Below are positions 49,683-60,405 of a DNA stretch of 64,000 nucleotides, one piece after another. This stretch comes from Haliotis cracherodii. Lineage: Eukaryota. How positions within the stretch are numbered: position 1 is the stretch's first letter; each line of letters starts with the position of its first letter. The DNA lies in NCBI RefSeq assembly GCF_022045235.1, contig NW_027266266.1, forward strand, positions 5,081,848 to 5,145,847, given 5' to 3'. The notes beneath the pieces were generated by a model. It searched no databases and had not been told where the DNA came from. It saw only the letters and a list, made by a program, of their open reading frames with translations. The position numbers and the translations under genes are program-made.

Positions 49683-50936
49683 CTATGTCTTAAATGCCTT
49701 CTTTAGGGTTTTACTATAAGCTCTACTAGCTGAAATGTACATAGCTTTGCTATTACTGTCTTTAGTCCTTCCATATATACGTTTACGCTTGTGGTAAAAT
49801 CTACGTGATGATTTACATTTTTCATCAAACCAGGGTTTATGCTTGTGCTTATGTACAGAATGTCTAGAATTTCTTACAGTACCTGGAGTAGTTTCAGCCG
49901 CAGTAACCAGCGTCTGAGAGGGTTTATTTACAATTTGGTTAATGTCATTTCGCTCTATTTGGTCTTTACATGCATCTAATTCTGTACACTGATGGGTAAT
50001 GGCAACCTTATCGATATTACATAAAAATGTTTCACTTTTATCAGGAACCCATCTTTTTACAACTTTATGTACATGTACATCCTTGTCATCATCTATAACT
50101 GGAGATAGTTGTTGTGCTGTACAATCTAACGTTAACGATAAGCCACAGTGTACATCGGACGAGATCGGATCAAACTCCTGTACATGTACCTCAAAATCTA
50201 TTGATAATGGGAATGTTTCTGCTGATGCAATACAATAATCGACAACACTGGCATTTCTGCATGTCAGTTTACCAATACCCTTGTCTTTGCCTAATCTTCC
50301 ATTCACAATATACAGCCCGTTATTTTTACATAAATCCAGGAGTTTATACCCGTTACAGTTTGTTTCAGTATCCATTGATATTCTATCTAAATTTACACCG
50401 GTGTCAACTAGAAGTTGTACATTTGAAAACAATAATTCCTCGTCAATAATATCATTGTCACATAAATATTCGTCCAAAATGATAAAATCCGGAAGATTTT
50501 TAGTACGAAAATTCATATCACCAACAATACACATGTACTGTGAGCAGTTTGACATACGAATGATATCATTTTCTAGTGTTGTAAATATTTCCGGTGAATG
50601 AAATCTACTTTGCTCTGGTGGTATATACACAGTTCCTAGGATAAGGTCATCGTTAACATGCAGGAAATCACTTGGTATCTTACACCATAAAACAATATCA
50701 TGCATCTTTTCGATGACGCTGACCTTGTCAAATAGTGTCTCTTTGATGGCTACAATGATCCCGCCAGATACACGTGTGTTCAGTGCGTTAGTTCCGTTAT
50801 TCATATGAACTGAGAATCCTGGGATTTTCACAGCATCTAAATCACACGTTTTAGTTTCAGTCTGACACAGTATATCGTATCTGGACACATCGTTCACAAA
50901 ATCGGGGTTCAACAGCTTTGTCCTAATCCCACACAC
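49683..50936 (-). CDS. LINE ORF2 N-terminal part: apurinic/apyrimidinic-like endonuclease (417 aa)
   Basis: EEP-family motifs (ILCQTETK..., D..H at the C-terminus) in the same frame as ORF1. It is separated from the RT ORF by a frame change near 49610-49690, next to a homopolymer run. Confidence 0.7.
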   Translation of the reverse strand: MCGIRTKLLNPDFVNDVSRYDILCQTETKTCDLDAVKIPGFSVHMNNGTNALNTRVSGGIIVAIKETLFDKVSVIEKMHDIVLWCKIPSDFLHVNDDLILGTVYIPPEQSRFHSPEIFTTLENDIIRMSNCSQYMCIVGDMNFRTKNLPDFIILDEYLCDNDIIDEELLFSNVQLLVDTGVNLDRISMDTETNCNGYKLLDLCKNNGLYIVNGRLGKDKGIGKLTCRNASVVDYCIASAETFPLSIDFEVHVQEFDPISSDVHCGLSLTLDCTAQQLSPVIDDDKDVHVHKVVKRWVPDKSETFLCNIDKVAITHQCTELDACKDQIERNDINQIVNKPSQTLVTAAETTPGTVRNSRHSVHKHKHKPWFDEKCKSSRRFYHKRKRIYGRTKDSNSKAMYISASRAYSKTLKKAFKT

Positions 50937-51023
50937 ATTAAGAGACAGTATCTTAAGTTTCTCGTGGGAAGTTACGTTTTCACTGTTAGGCGACTCACGG
51001 GTTTGCTGACCTCCGTTATTCTC

Positions 51024-51965
51024 CTACCGCGGCCTGTTTTCTCCCGTGTCCTCAGTCCTGGCCATCTTGTTGGGTTGTCTGTTGTCTGACCGACCGAAGG
51101 CACTCGCGTATGATCTCCTGCTGGGGGGAGGGTCTCGTGGGGTGAGATCTATAAACGGGTCGTCTCCTGGGTACACACGTCTCCCGTCTATATACAGTCT
51201 GTCTACTGTGAGGTTAGACTTCAAACCACGCCTCCTTGCTTCCTTGAAAATGGGGAGTAGATATCTCCGTCTCTGCACAATCTCTTGAGGAAACTGTTCA
51301 CTAACACCGAATTGCGTTTCTCTCAGCTGTCTTGTGTTAGTCAGGATTTCCCACCGTTCGTCTGGATTTGCAAATTTTGCCACTATAGTACGTGGTCTGT
51401 TAGATAAGTGAGGGCCAATCCTATGTACACGTAAGAGGTGAATGTCTGTGTCACACTTCATTTCTTTCTTTAAGAAACCTTGAATTACCTCTTTAGGTTC
51501 TTCTCCAGGCATTTCCGGGATCCCGTGAAAGAGTAAATTATCTCTCATAGAGCGTGTTTTCAGGTCAATGACATATTCTTTCAGGTCTCGCTGTTCCTGG
51601 TATATGGAGTCTATGTCATAAAACACGTCTTCTACATCTCTCGACAACCTGTCCCGATCATCGGTACTCTGTTCTGTCAGCTCCCGTACCTGTTGTTTCA
51701 GCTTTTTGTTTTCTGATGCAGTCTCTCTCACACAGGCTTCAAGCTTATCAACGCGAAGTGTTGTCTCTATCATTGTAATGTCGAGAGATGTCAGCTTATT
51801 GTCAATCATAGTTAATTTACTGTCAATGCTATCAACACACTGCATCCTCTGGTTTATGGAATGAACCATGGTAGTCAAGTGCCTCATTTGATCAAATAAG
51901 GTTTTAATCCATTCTGCGTTGTCAACACTGGACAACATGGCCTGGTTGAAAATCCGTGTTGGCAT
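51024..51965 (-). CDS. LINE ORF1p (313 aa; coiled-coil N-terminal half, L1-type RNA-binding C-terminal half ...VHRIGPHLSNRPRTIVAKF...DRLYIDGRRV)
   Basis: Intact ORF. The heptad-rich N-terminal half and the RPR-IVKF / YI-G motifs are typical of L1 or Tx1 ORF1. Confidence 0.7.
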   Translation of the reverse strand: MPTRIFNQAMLSSVDNAEWIKTLFDQMRHLTTMVHSINQRMQCVDSIDSKLTMIDNKLTSLDITMIETTLRVDKLEACVRETASENKKLKQQVRELTEQSTDDRDRLSRDVEDVFYDIDSIYQEQRDLKEYVIDLKTRSMRDNLLFHGIPEMPGEEPKEVIQGFLKKEMKCDTDIHLLRVHRIGPHLSNRPRTIVAKFANPDERWEILTNTRQLRETQFGVSEQFPQEIVQRRRYLLPIFKEARRRGLKSNLTVDRLYIDGRRVYPGDDPFIDLTPRDPPPSRRSYASAFGRSDNRQPNKMARTEDTGENRPR

Positions 51966-52379
51966 TCTGATGTTGTGAATGATTTTGGACGAAATGCGCC
52001 TCCATCACTGCACATCAATAATAAGATTTTCGCATATATTTATACAATGTCTGAATGTAGACTTACAGTTTGTACATGTCAATCTTGTTCGTGTCTCAAT
52101 TTCTCGGTTAGCTATCAGGGCTATCAGAGCTCTCGAATAAACACGTCCCCATGCTACGAACCCAAGCTGTGTATCAAACTTAAGATGTTTTATAACCTCT
52201 GTTTGAGTACAAATCTCAACTGAGTACGAACTTGAGCATGAGCATGAAACTGAGTTGAGCACGAATTGTTTTTATTACCTCGGGGCCAGATCTTCAACGT
52301 GTCCGTGCTTTACCTTGGCTAAGCCATCGCTCAATGTCTTTGGATATCTTGAATTTGATTGGTCAATCAGCGTTATCAT

Positions 52380-52745
52380 GTCAAAGTAACACTCTTCTAC
52401 GTGAATCCTATATGATGTAGATACATATAATGTAGATATAAATAATGTAGATATACATAATTTAGATACACATAACTCTAGATACACATAATGTAGAAAC
52501 ATATATTATAGATACACATAATTGAGATACACATAATTAAGATACACATAATTAAGATATACATAATGTAGATACACATAATGTAGATACACATAATGTA
52601 AATACATAATTATAGATACATATAATGTATATATACGTAATGTAGAAATGAATAATGTAGATACACATAATGTAGGTACACATAATGTAGATACACCTAA
52701 TTTAGAGACATATAATGTAGATGCACATAATGTTGTGAACAATAC
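52380..52745. repeat. Tandem repeat with a unit of about 19 bp (atacacataatgtagatac), about 18 copies, at the 5' flank of the LINE
   Basis: Visible periodicity. Confidence 0.8.
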
Positions 52746-52799
52746 TTCTCAGAAAGGAATATCAGTAGTGAGCCAGCACAACTTCACATTTATCGTTGG

Positions 52800-52995
52800 G
52801 CCATGTTCCCCTGTATGGATAATTTCTACCGATAAGGATAAAGTACGGATTATTTCTAATGATATGGATAAGTATAAGATAATTTCTACCGATAAGGATA
52901 ACGTATGGGTGATTTCTACCTCTATGGACCATTTCTAATGATATGGATAAGTATGGATCATTTCTACCGATATGGATAAGTATGGATCATTTCTT
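52800..52995. repeat. Tandem repeat with a unit of about 30 bp (atttctaccgataaggataa.gta.gg.t)
   Basis: Visible periodicity. Confidence 0.7.
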
Positions 52996-53089
52996 CCGAT
53001 GACGGAATCCAATTTTGTTCAAAATCACACTCAAATACACTCGGCACAGGGATAAGTTACAACATTTAGGTGGCAGCCTGAAGGTGAAG

Positions 53090-53430
53090 AGTACACCATT
53101 TCCAAGGCATACCGCCCAGGGCGCTCTCACAATTAGAAATAGGGGGCTCTTATAAGAATATTATTCTGGCGGGAAAATACAGAGTTGAAAGATCGTCAAT
53201 TTCGTGGTTTATGCTGACAGCTTGAATTTTTTATATACGACAGATATATTTTTCCAGAATTTAATTGCCCATAATTATGGGTGCAAATAACACACGAGTG
53301 CGTATTATACACGAATAAATAAGTCCATAAATTGTGTACATTGATCAATCGGAAGGGGTGCTAATAGGGATTGTTCACTAGCCAATATATCAGCAAATAT
53401 CGCTGTGGGCGGTTATTAGAGCGGGGCGTC
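53090..53430. repeat. Interspersed repeat of about 340 bp; inverted partner at 56870-57235
   Basis: ccagggcgctctcacaattagaaatagggggctcttataagaatattattctggcggg... is the reverse complement of ...ccaaaataatattctaatgagagccccaatttctaattttgagagcgccctgg. Confidence 0.6.
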
Positions 53431-55913
53431 AAATACGATAATAGTGTCAAAGTTGTGTTTCCTATTTTAATTATCTTTACACCAACATAACATCAATGCA
53501 CGTAAAACTTAAAGGGAAATGAAAGTAGTTCTGAGTTTATGTGCTTCTAAAAACACATAATAAAACAAATAATACATAATAACGGATATATTTTAGTTTA
53601 GTTTTAGAAATCTTTCGATATGACTAGCTCTTTAAACCACTGGATTGGAAATTAAATTTATCATGTGTGATGCCAAGACCATTCTTCTGTGACATGTGAA
53701 GACGTTTGATGACAGCTCTACTGATAACTGAAACCAGTTTCAATACATAGCCCAAGCATAATCACCACATGCACCAGCTTTGACCAATCCATCCCCATGT
53801 CGCCCAACCTCACTGTATACAACGTGATAACAAAGCTTCATTTAATCCGTACAGAGAGATATATTGCGGGGTCCAGCAAATGTACCACCAAATCCATGTC
53901 TCAAAAATAAGCCATTACACTGAACTCAATAAAAAAAGTTTTTTTTATATTCACAAAAAGTATTTGAGTCAAGTGGAACCAATGCATTGTGGAATCCCAT
54001 AAACTCACAAGATTTGCTGGACCACTTTTGCAATATCAGCACAAAACAGGTTCAATTCTGTGAAACCGTTTGATTCTTCAACTGCGTCCACCTCTAATCC
54101 CACTCGACAAACTAAAGGGAAATCTTTCTTCCTTAACCCATGGGGCATTTAGAAATAGTTCTTTTAATTCGACGCTAACACGATATACGGCTTCTCCATT
54201 GGACGAGAGGTCGGTCACATGACACATAAGTGTATGAACGGCACAATTTGGCGTTCATACGTCTATTTTTTACAAGACCGTGTTCTTGAAATGACGTAAA
54301 CACTGACGGACTACTTACACATTCCTTGGGGAACCCCGAGGAAGTCCCTAGCTCAAATACACACAGAAGCGATCTTTCTGACCATTTGGACCCTTTAGTC
54401 TAGAACTCAGCGTTTTAATATTCATTGAGAAACGTCAGATGGTTTAAATGCATGATTCGTTCTATGAATTTACCTTAGTGTCTATTTGACACATTTTAAT
54501 CACTTTTCAATGATCGGCCCATTTGTTTAATGATGACTAAAGCATGTAACCGCCACAGGTTCATAAACCACTCGAAATCTCTTCCGTCACGTTTATCGTG
54601 TCGGCCACTTTGACATCTTGTACTTGATGTACATGTATTACGTATTGCATTGTCATTCTGACTGATTTACTGACGTAGCTCTTGACAGACCTTTCTCATC
54701 AAATGGTGATATTATTTGAATAATGTGTTGTGTCAAATGTTTCTGAAGAGCAATGTGTGCATACATCCGCTAATGTCACCTCTCTCTTTGGGGAACTATT
54801 TTATTCCTCGATACAACTGGTTGTTGTATGGCTGTCAGTGTAAACATGAAGTCACACGCACTAAATAAAATTGTGCATAGATCTAGGCCTGCATCCTTTG
54901 AGGTAACAAAATGTGATAAAAAAATGATAAGAATTGACTTTCACTTTGTGTGAGTCATTTCCTAACTAAAAGTCGTGACCAAAGATACAGTTGCAGATCT
55001 ATCTTCAGAGGTTCAGGACAGTTTTTCAAAATTGAAAGCAAATGCCATCTGAAGTTTACTGAGAAAACAATATGTGATATGCAGGATTTCCTCATAAATA
55101 AAATCTATCTATGTATCTATGCATATCTAGGTAAGACATTTAAGCTAAAAGTAGGCATCCCCATGGACACCAAGGGTACTCCCCTTCCTGCTGATCTGTT
55201 ATTTTCTCTATGCTATGAATCGGCATTTCTGCTCTGATTGGCAAAGTTAAACCAAGGTGATTAGGCCAAGAAGTTTAACTTAAGCTGCAAGTATAACGAT
55301 GATCTGATATCGTTCAGTTACTTTCAAGGTGCCAATTCCCTTCCACTGATTTACCAACCTGAACTAGAAATAAAGGAGACCAGTGAGACGGCATCGTGTT
55401 TCATATTTAGATCTATGCTAATAGATTGAGGATGATAAAAATCTATCCACAAGGCTGTATGACGAGAGGGATTACCCCAACTTTCCAACGGTCAACTTTC
55501 CCTTTATGTCAAAGAGTATTCGACCATCTCTTTTGTGGTGCAATCGATCATGCTCTTTCTACTAAGATTTCAAAGAGCGTCATACTACTCTCGATCAAAA
55601 GTTGTTTGATCAAGGTTACAAGGTTTTCTTCACTAGAGTGAGTAGTAGCAAGAATATTCAATCCTGGGCAAGCAGTCAAACACTTTCATTTGTTTTGTTG
55701 TCTGGTTTAAAATCAAAGTATTGGAGTTACAAGTTTGTTGTTATGGTTGATGCATTACTCAGTCACTCAGTCACCCATCTCACGCCTCTCTTATTCCTCT
55801 AACTGCCTTTGTATTATATATACTTTGTCAAATGTAAAACAAATTGGCTCAGGCACTGCCTCGTATCACATAAAAGTACAAAAGAAATACACAGAGCTGA
55901 GCGATCACATTAC

Positions 55914-55919
55914 TTTATT
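55914..55919 (-). promoter_or_regulatory. AATAAA polyadenylation signal (minus strand) downstream of the gene B stop
   Basis: Reverse complement of plus-strand tttatt, about 30 nt after the stop at 55950. Confidence 0.45.
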
Positions 55920-55949
55920 CTGAAGACATACACGATGCTGTGGACAGCG

Positions 55950-56047
55950 TTTAAGGAGGGGTGGCAGTGGTGGTTGTCACAAGACCAGTTGACCGAAGGA
56001 TGTAGAGATGCACAGTCCCCCACGAGGTGAAAAAAGTGAACTTATCA
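55950..56047 (-). CDS. Gene B exon 5 (phase 1, includes stop): (V)IRFTFFTSWGTVHLYILRSTGLVTTTTATPP*
   Basis: The phase-1-compatible acceptor cccctcccccagctgcaag| on the minus strand leads to TAA at 55952-55950. AATAAA on the minus strand at 55914-55919 lies about 30 nt downstream. The exact acceptor is uncertain because the stronger tttcag at 56070 gives the wrong phase. Confidence 0.4.
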
Positions 56048-56049
56048 CT

Positions 56050-56425
56050 TGCAGCTGGGGGAGGGGCTCCTGAAAAGTGGACATCATCATCAACATTCAT
56101 CATTATCATTAAACAGATTCATCAACAACAACATCGTCATCAACAATCATCATTATCATTGAACATCTTCATCAACAACATCCTAATTAACGATCATCAT
56201 TATCATTAAACATATCCATCAACAACAGCAACATCATCACCAACAATCATTATAGTCAATAAACACCACCATCAGTAACAATCATCATTATCATTAAACA
56301 CCAATAAAAGTGAATAAAAGTCAGTAAATCGACATAATAAGCCCCTACAATAATCCACATCATCATCTTTTCAAGTATTCATCAACATCATAAAGAATCA
56401 GCAGCAGCCACAAATTCATCTGCAA
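56050..56425. repeat. Low-complexity tandem repeat of about 60 bp (catcatcaacaa.catcattatcattaaaca...)
   Basis: Visible. It overlaps gene B's last intron and extends to the acceptor region of B exon 5. Confidence 0.7.
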
Positions 56426-56525
56426 GAATCTCAACCATCACACGTGAATATCTTGACGCACTTACAAAATCGATGCTTCACAGGAAAATAAAGTATACTA
56501 AATAAATAAGACAAAACACTATTAC

Positions 56526-56682
56526 CTGCGGCCATTTCGGTGGTCGCCACGTAGTTGTTTCTTCTGTCGGAACACTTCTTTTGAATGAAGGGATGTTTCA
56601 AATCGAAAGCACTTTGACTGGCTGCGTCCATGATAGCTCCATCTGTCTGGTAGCTTTTCTCCACAGTCGTGTTTAACAATTT
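56526..56682 (-). CDS. Gene B exon 4 (phase 0-1): KLLNTTVEKSYQTDGAIMDAASQSAFDLKHPFIQKKCSDRRNNYVATTEMAA
   Basis: Minus-strand acceptor taatttcag and donor gcag|gtaata. Paralogous to A exon 4 and C exon 4. Confidence 0.6.
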
Positions 56683-56869
56683 CTGAAATTATGAAAGTAG
56701 TAAAGATTATATACCACAATAATGTTCGTTAAGACAGTTCACTTATCTGTCTTCAGAAGCAAGGCTTAAAGGTATCTGCTGTAGATAACATGTTGTGACG
56801 AACACAACATTATAAACACAACTTTTTAAGTCAGGAAATACTTGACAGTGTGCGTTACAGTTAACGCCG

Positions 56870-57235
56870 CACTATATTTCAGCTACCGTATTGGACGTAA
56901 TAAGCGCCCCGCTCTAATAAGCGCCCAAGGCGATATTTGCTAATATATGACAAGTGAACAATCCCAATTAGCATCCCTTCCGATTGATCAATGTATACAA
57001 GACTTATTTACTCGTGTATAATACGCCCTCGTGTGTTATATGCACCCTTAATTATGGGCAATTACATTCTGGAAAAATATATCTGTCGTATATAAACAGT
57101 TCAGACTGTCAGCATAAACCACGAAATTTATCTTTTAACTCTGTTTTTTTCACCAAAATAATATTCTAATGAGAGCCCCAATTTCTAATTTTGAGAGCGC
57201 CCTGGGCGCTTACTACGTCGAATACGGTATACAAC
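56870..57235. repeat. Inverted copy of the 53090-53430 repeat (in gene B intron 3)
   Basis: Same as the partner entry. Confidence 0.6.
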
Positions 57236-57575
57236 AGAGGCCTGAAAATAAACTAGACCAGACAATACGAAGACCCACAATGAAACCTTGACATTGAACA
57301 TCACCACCCGTTCCATCACGAGTGAGTGAGTGAGTGAGTGAGTGAGTTATGTGTAACATATTTCAGATGTGGGGGCCTTCTTTCTGAAGCATAAAAGAAC
57401 ATCGAACTAAATCATTTGTTGACATGTTTGCAAAAACAAGTGACTAATGTTTCACCCTCACACCTATTTTATTTTAAACGCAGCCCCTTTGCCAAACCGC
57501 TGCTACTCATCCCCACCATCTGCCCCACCCAAACACTTTTCCACAAAGCTGTATCCGAGTGTGGCTATTACTTAC

Positions 57576-57689
57576 AAGCGCCTGCAAAGCGGTGCTTGTT
57601 GCACTGAAGGTACCGATAAGGGCAGGGGTGACGTCGAGAAGGAAGCACGTTCTACCAACATCCCCTCGAAGCTTTGTTGCGACCATAGC
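57576..57689 (-). CDS. Gene B exon 3 (38 codons, phase 0-0): AMVATKLRGDVGRTCFLLDVTPALIGTFSATSTALQAL
   Basis: Minus-strand acceptor ttattttcag and donor ctt|gtaagt. Length and motifs match A exon 3. Confidence 0.65.
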
Positions 57690-58844
57690 CTGAAAATAAA
57701 TAACAAACAGAAGATGTTTACCTACAGATTAGGGATTGGAAGAGACGTGTCACATTCAATGAGTGAACATATGGTTGTGACCGTGACAGTATATTCCAGC
57801 AGCATTAATGATCGAGTGAAACGATACACAACGAAGCAAATAACAGTTAATCTTCACTGGTTGGCTCATACGACAAGAATTGAACTGGGGATATTCTTCA
57901 CGAAATCAGGACACGCCGCGCCCTCTGATCCAAATTCAGAATAGCAAATAATTTTTTTCTTTCAGTGATCTACTAAACGTATTGTCAGTTCGTGGTGTTA
58001 TACTGCAGTGTAATTTATTGTTAATCAGTGTTGTATTATATTGTTTCCGCTGCGATTCAGCAGAAGTTCATAGCATTATGTTTTGACAATAATTGGTTGT
58101 CTGGAATGTGACACTATTTAATGTAAGCAGTGGTGTGGAAGTTACTATATTTAGACGCTTTTTGGAGTTACAACATCTGGGGTAATCTAGCATAGAACAG
58201 AACCTTCCAGGAGGTTTTTAGACAATATTATGGGGCACGAGAATGTCTCTATCATCTGACATTACATGTCATATTACATCAAGATCAGCTGTTGTCTGAA
58301 GATAGTATTTTTAGCCTGGATATCTATTTTGTAAGCTTGACCCCTGTTGCTACTAGCCAAATATTATCATCACTGAATTTCTGCTTTCACCACCACTATT
58401 GTATTAAATGCTGCCATTGTAATTCTACTGCCATTGATCTTTGTACTGCCACTCTAATGTGTACGGCCATTGTAATAACTTTGTAGGAATTTGTATTGAT
58501 TTGTAAACCTATTTAATTTTAATATACAATTGTATGTCATTTCCTTATTGTTTGTTGGTTTTACATTGAATACTTTTACGCATAGATTTCTGTGTTAGCG
58601 TATTGTTTTAATTTTGAATTCGACACATAACAGTGGAAGTAAAAAAAAAAGGAATCAACAAAAAATGTTTTGGAAAAACGTCAAAGGCTTGATTCCCTTC
58701 CCTTACTGTTTCATATTGAAGTTTGGAATCACTTAAATGAGTTAAAAGAATCGTTGGTAAGAATACAAACAACAACAAAAACTTTTATGTATTTAATCTT
58801 ATTTCACATCTTTGAATTTTTGGTAATTAAAACCAACGCCTTAC

Positions 58845-59012
58845 ACTGCTGTAATCTGTGTAGGTGCGGCTCCTAGCGATGCCAGTTCCGACCAGGTCAC
58901 TGCTTCTGGAGCTAAAGCTGATGCCGGAATCAGCATTCCATATGTACGCACTCTGTTTGACTTCAAGCGAGTCGCTGACTACCCGCAACCACTCCGCCCT
59001 TATGGAGCTTTT
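58845..59012 (-). CDS. Gene B exon 2 (56 codons, phase 0-0): KSSIRAEWLRVVSDSLEVKQSAYIWNADSGISFSSRSSDLVGTGIARSRTYTDYSS
   Basis: Minus-strand acceptor tgtttcag and donor agt|gtaagg. Paralogous to A exon 2 and C exon 2. Confidence 0.6.
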
Positions 59013-59764
59013 CTGAAACAAGGTTATTTTACGTAAGTGTTAGTTTACACTGTTGTCATCAGTTTATTTCTCCGAATAACCACCAACGGTGCTACAAGAG
59101 TTTATCACCCAAAACTGACTCCCACCGGAGATTGCGTTTGGGTGAGATCAAGCGATATCTACATTGTAGATATCGCTGCAATGAAATGGCATCACAATGC
59201 TTTGCAGACCATTGTGATGTCATTGGTTATCACTAATAGCTCTGGTACTGAAGCTGTTAGAAGTACTTTTTACACTTAAGACACTGCTTATTAATGTCCA
59301 CAAACTGTAAAAGTTGGAAGAGTGATGTTGGATGATTAATAAAATCTCACCCTCGTGTCTTTTGATATCAAATATATCAACACTCGTTGATAAAAGTGGA
59401 AAATCGCCTCGGCAAGCCTCAGGGCTTTTTCCACTTTTATCACGCTCTCTCTCTATACAACATATACTATGTATTCAATGAGGATGAAGATAGTAACATG
59501 CTTAAATGAGTGAGTGAGTTACAATTTAACGACGCATCGGCATTATTTCAGCCATACAGCGACCAATAAGTGATTTAGCCACTTCAACATAATGAATGTA
59601 TTTAAATGTTCAATAAATCTGGACAGATGTTTCAGAGCGGATGAAAATTTAGGTGATAATGTTTCACGTAATTTACACATTTTTGGACAGATATAACAAT
59701 TCTTTGGGATATAAACAGCCATACCCACAGCACTCTGTATATAGTCGTGTCTGTGACAGGCAAG

Positions 59765-59895
59765 CTAAACACGCCGTCACGAGGACATGCTCATGATATT
59801 AATCACTGGATTGTCTGGTCCTGACTCGATTATTTACAGACCGCCGTCATATAGCTGGAATATTGCTCAGTGCGGCGTTAAACAACAAACCAAAA
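59765..59895 (-). mobile_element. SINE family 3 partial copy (gene B intron 1)
   Basis: catgctcatgatattaatcactggattgtctggtcctgactcgattatttacagaccgccgtcatatagctggaatattgctcagtgcggcgttaaac. Confidence 0.55.
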
Positions 59896-59904
59896 AAATC
59901 CTTC

Positions 59905-60195
59905 AGTATACGACCGCCTCCGTGGTCTAGTGGTAGAGCGTCCGCCCAAAGAGCGGAAGGTCCGGGGTTCAATCCCCGACCGCGACTTACCAAACAACGT
60001 TAAAAAAGGATACTTGTTGTGACCCTGTCTGGCCCTCGGCATTAAATGGGCTAAACCAAGGACTGGTCGGTCAGTAAACTGTGTCTGAGCGGAGTATTCA
60101 TGTTAAACTGCGGTATGGTATCTCAGTGAGCACACACACGCTATATAATTGCAATAATCTTGGACGCGTCGTTAAACCCCATTTCACCTCACCTC
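59905..60195 (+). mobile_element. SINE family 4 copy (inside gene B intron 1, antisense to the gene)
   Basis: cgaccgcctccgtggtctagtggtagagcgtccgcccaaagagcggaaggtccggggttcaatcc...aaaccccatttcacctcacc. Confidence 0.65.
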
Positions 60196-60235
60196 CTTCT
60201 GTATACTCTGCATTATCTAGCACGCTAAGACTTAC

Positions 60236-60307
60236 CTGTCCCGGCCACTGTGTACAACCATTTGCCACCAGACTCACGAATACCGCGAGGCAGGGGAAGT
60301 AACTCAT
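60236..60307 (-). CDS. Gene B exon 1: MSYFPCLAVFVSLVANGCTQWPGQ (signal peptide, 24 codons), donor cag|gtaagt
   Basis: On the minus strand, ATG at 60307 is followed by a hydrophobic stretch and a GTAAGT donor. A TATAAAAG box lies about 90 bp upstream on the minus strand. Confidence 0.6.
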
Positions 60308-60397
60308 GATGTCCAAGCGTTTTGCCAACCGGTAGATAAAATCAGAACTTCTCAAGTGGTTGTCGATGTCAGCTGATGTGACACAACATGGACTGCT

Positions 60398-60405
60398 CTT
60401 TTATA
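60398..60405 (-). promoter_or_regulatory. TATA box (TATAAAAG on the minus strand) upstream of gene B
   Basis: Reverse complement of the plus-strand cttttata. It lies about 90 bp upstream of ATG 60307. Confidence 0.4.

Larger units (their letters stand above)
47040..52265 (-). mobile_element. Near full-length L1-clade non-LTR retrotransposon (ORF1, APE endonuclease, reverse transcriptase)
   Basis: Three consecutive long minus-strand ORFs: ORF1 with a coiled coil plus a Transposase_22-like C-terminus, an APE-type endonuclease and an RT with the YADD motif. The ends are approximate. gagtacg..gtgctcaac motifs are found near both boundaries. Confidence 0.75.

Noticed and set aside
56047-56070. 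Stronger acceptor (cacttttcag) for gene B exon 5 at 56070
   Set aside because: It gives phase 0, whereas exon 4 ends in phase 1 in all three paralogs. The alternative AG at 56048-56049 restores the frame and a C-terminus homologous to A and C.
57447-57944. 165-aa plus-strand ORF
   Set aside because: It runs antisense across gene B exon 3 and its intron. It has no recognisable motifs and no splice or start context, so it is most likely a chance ORF.
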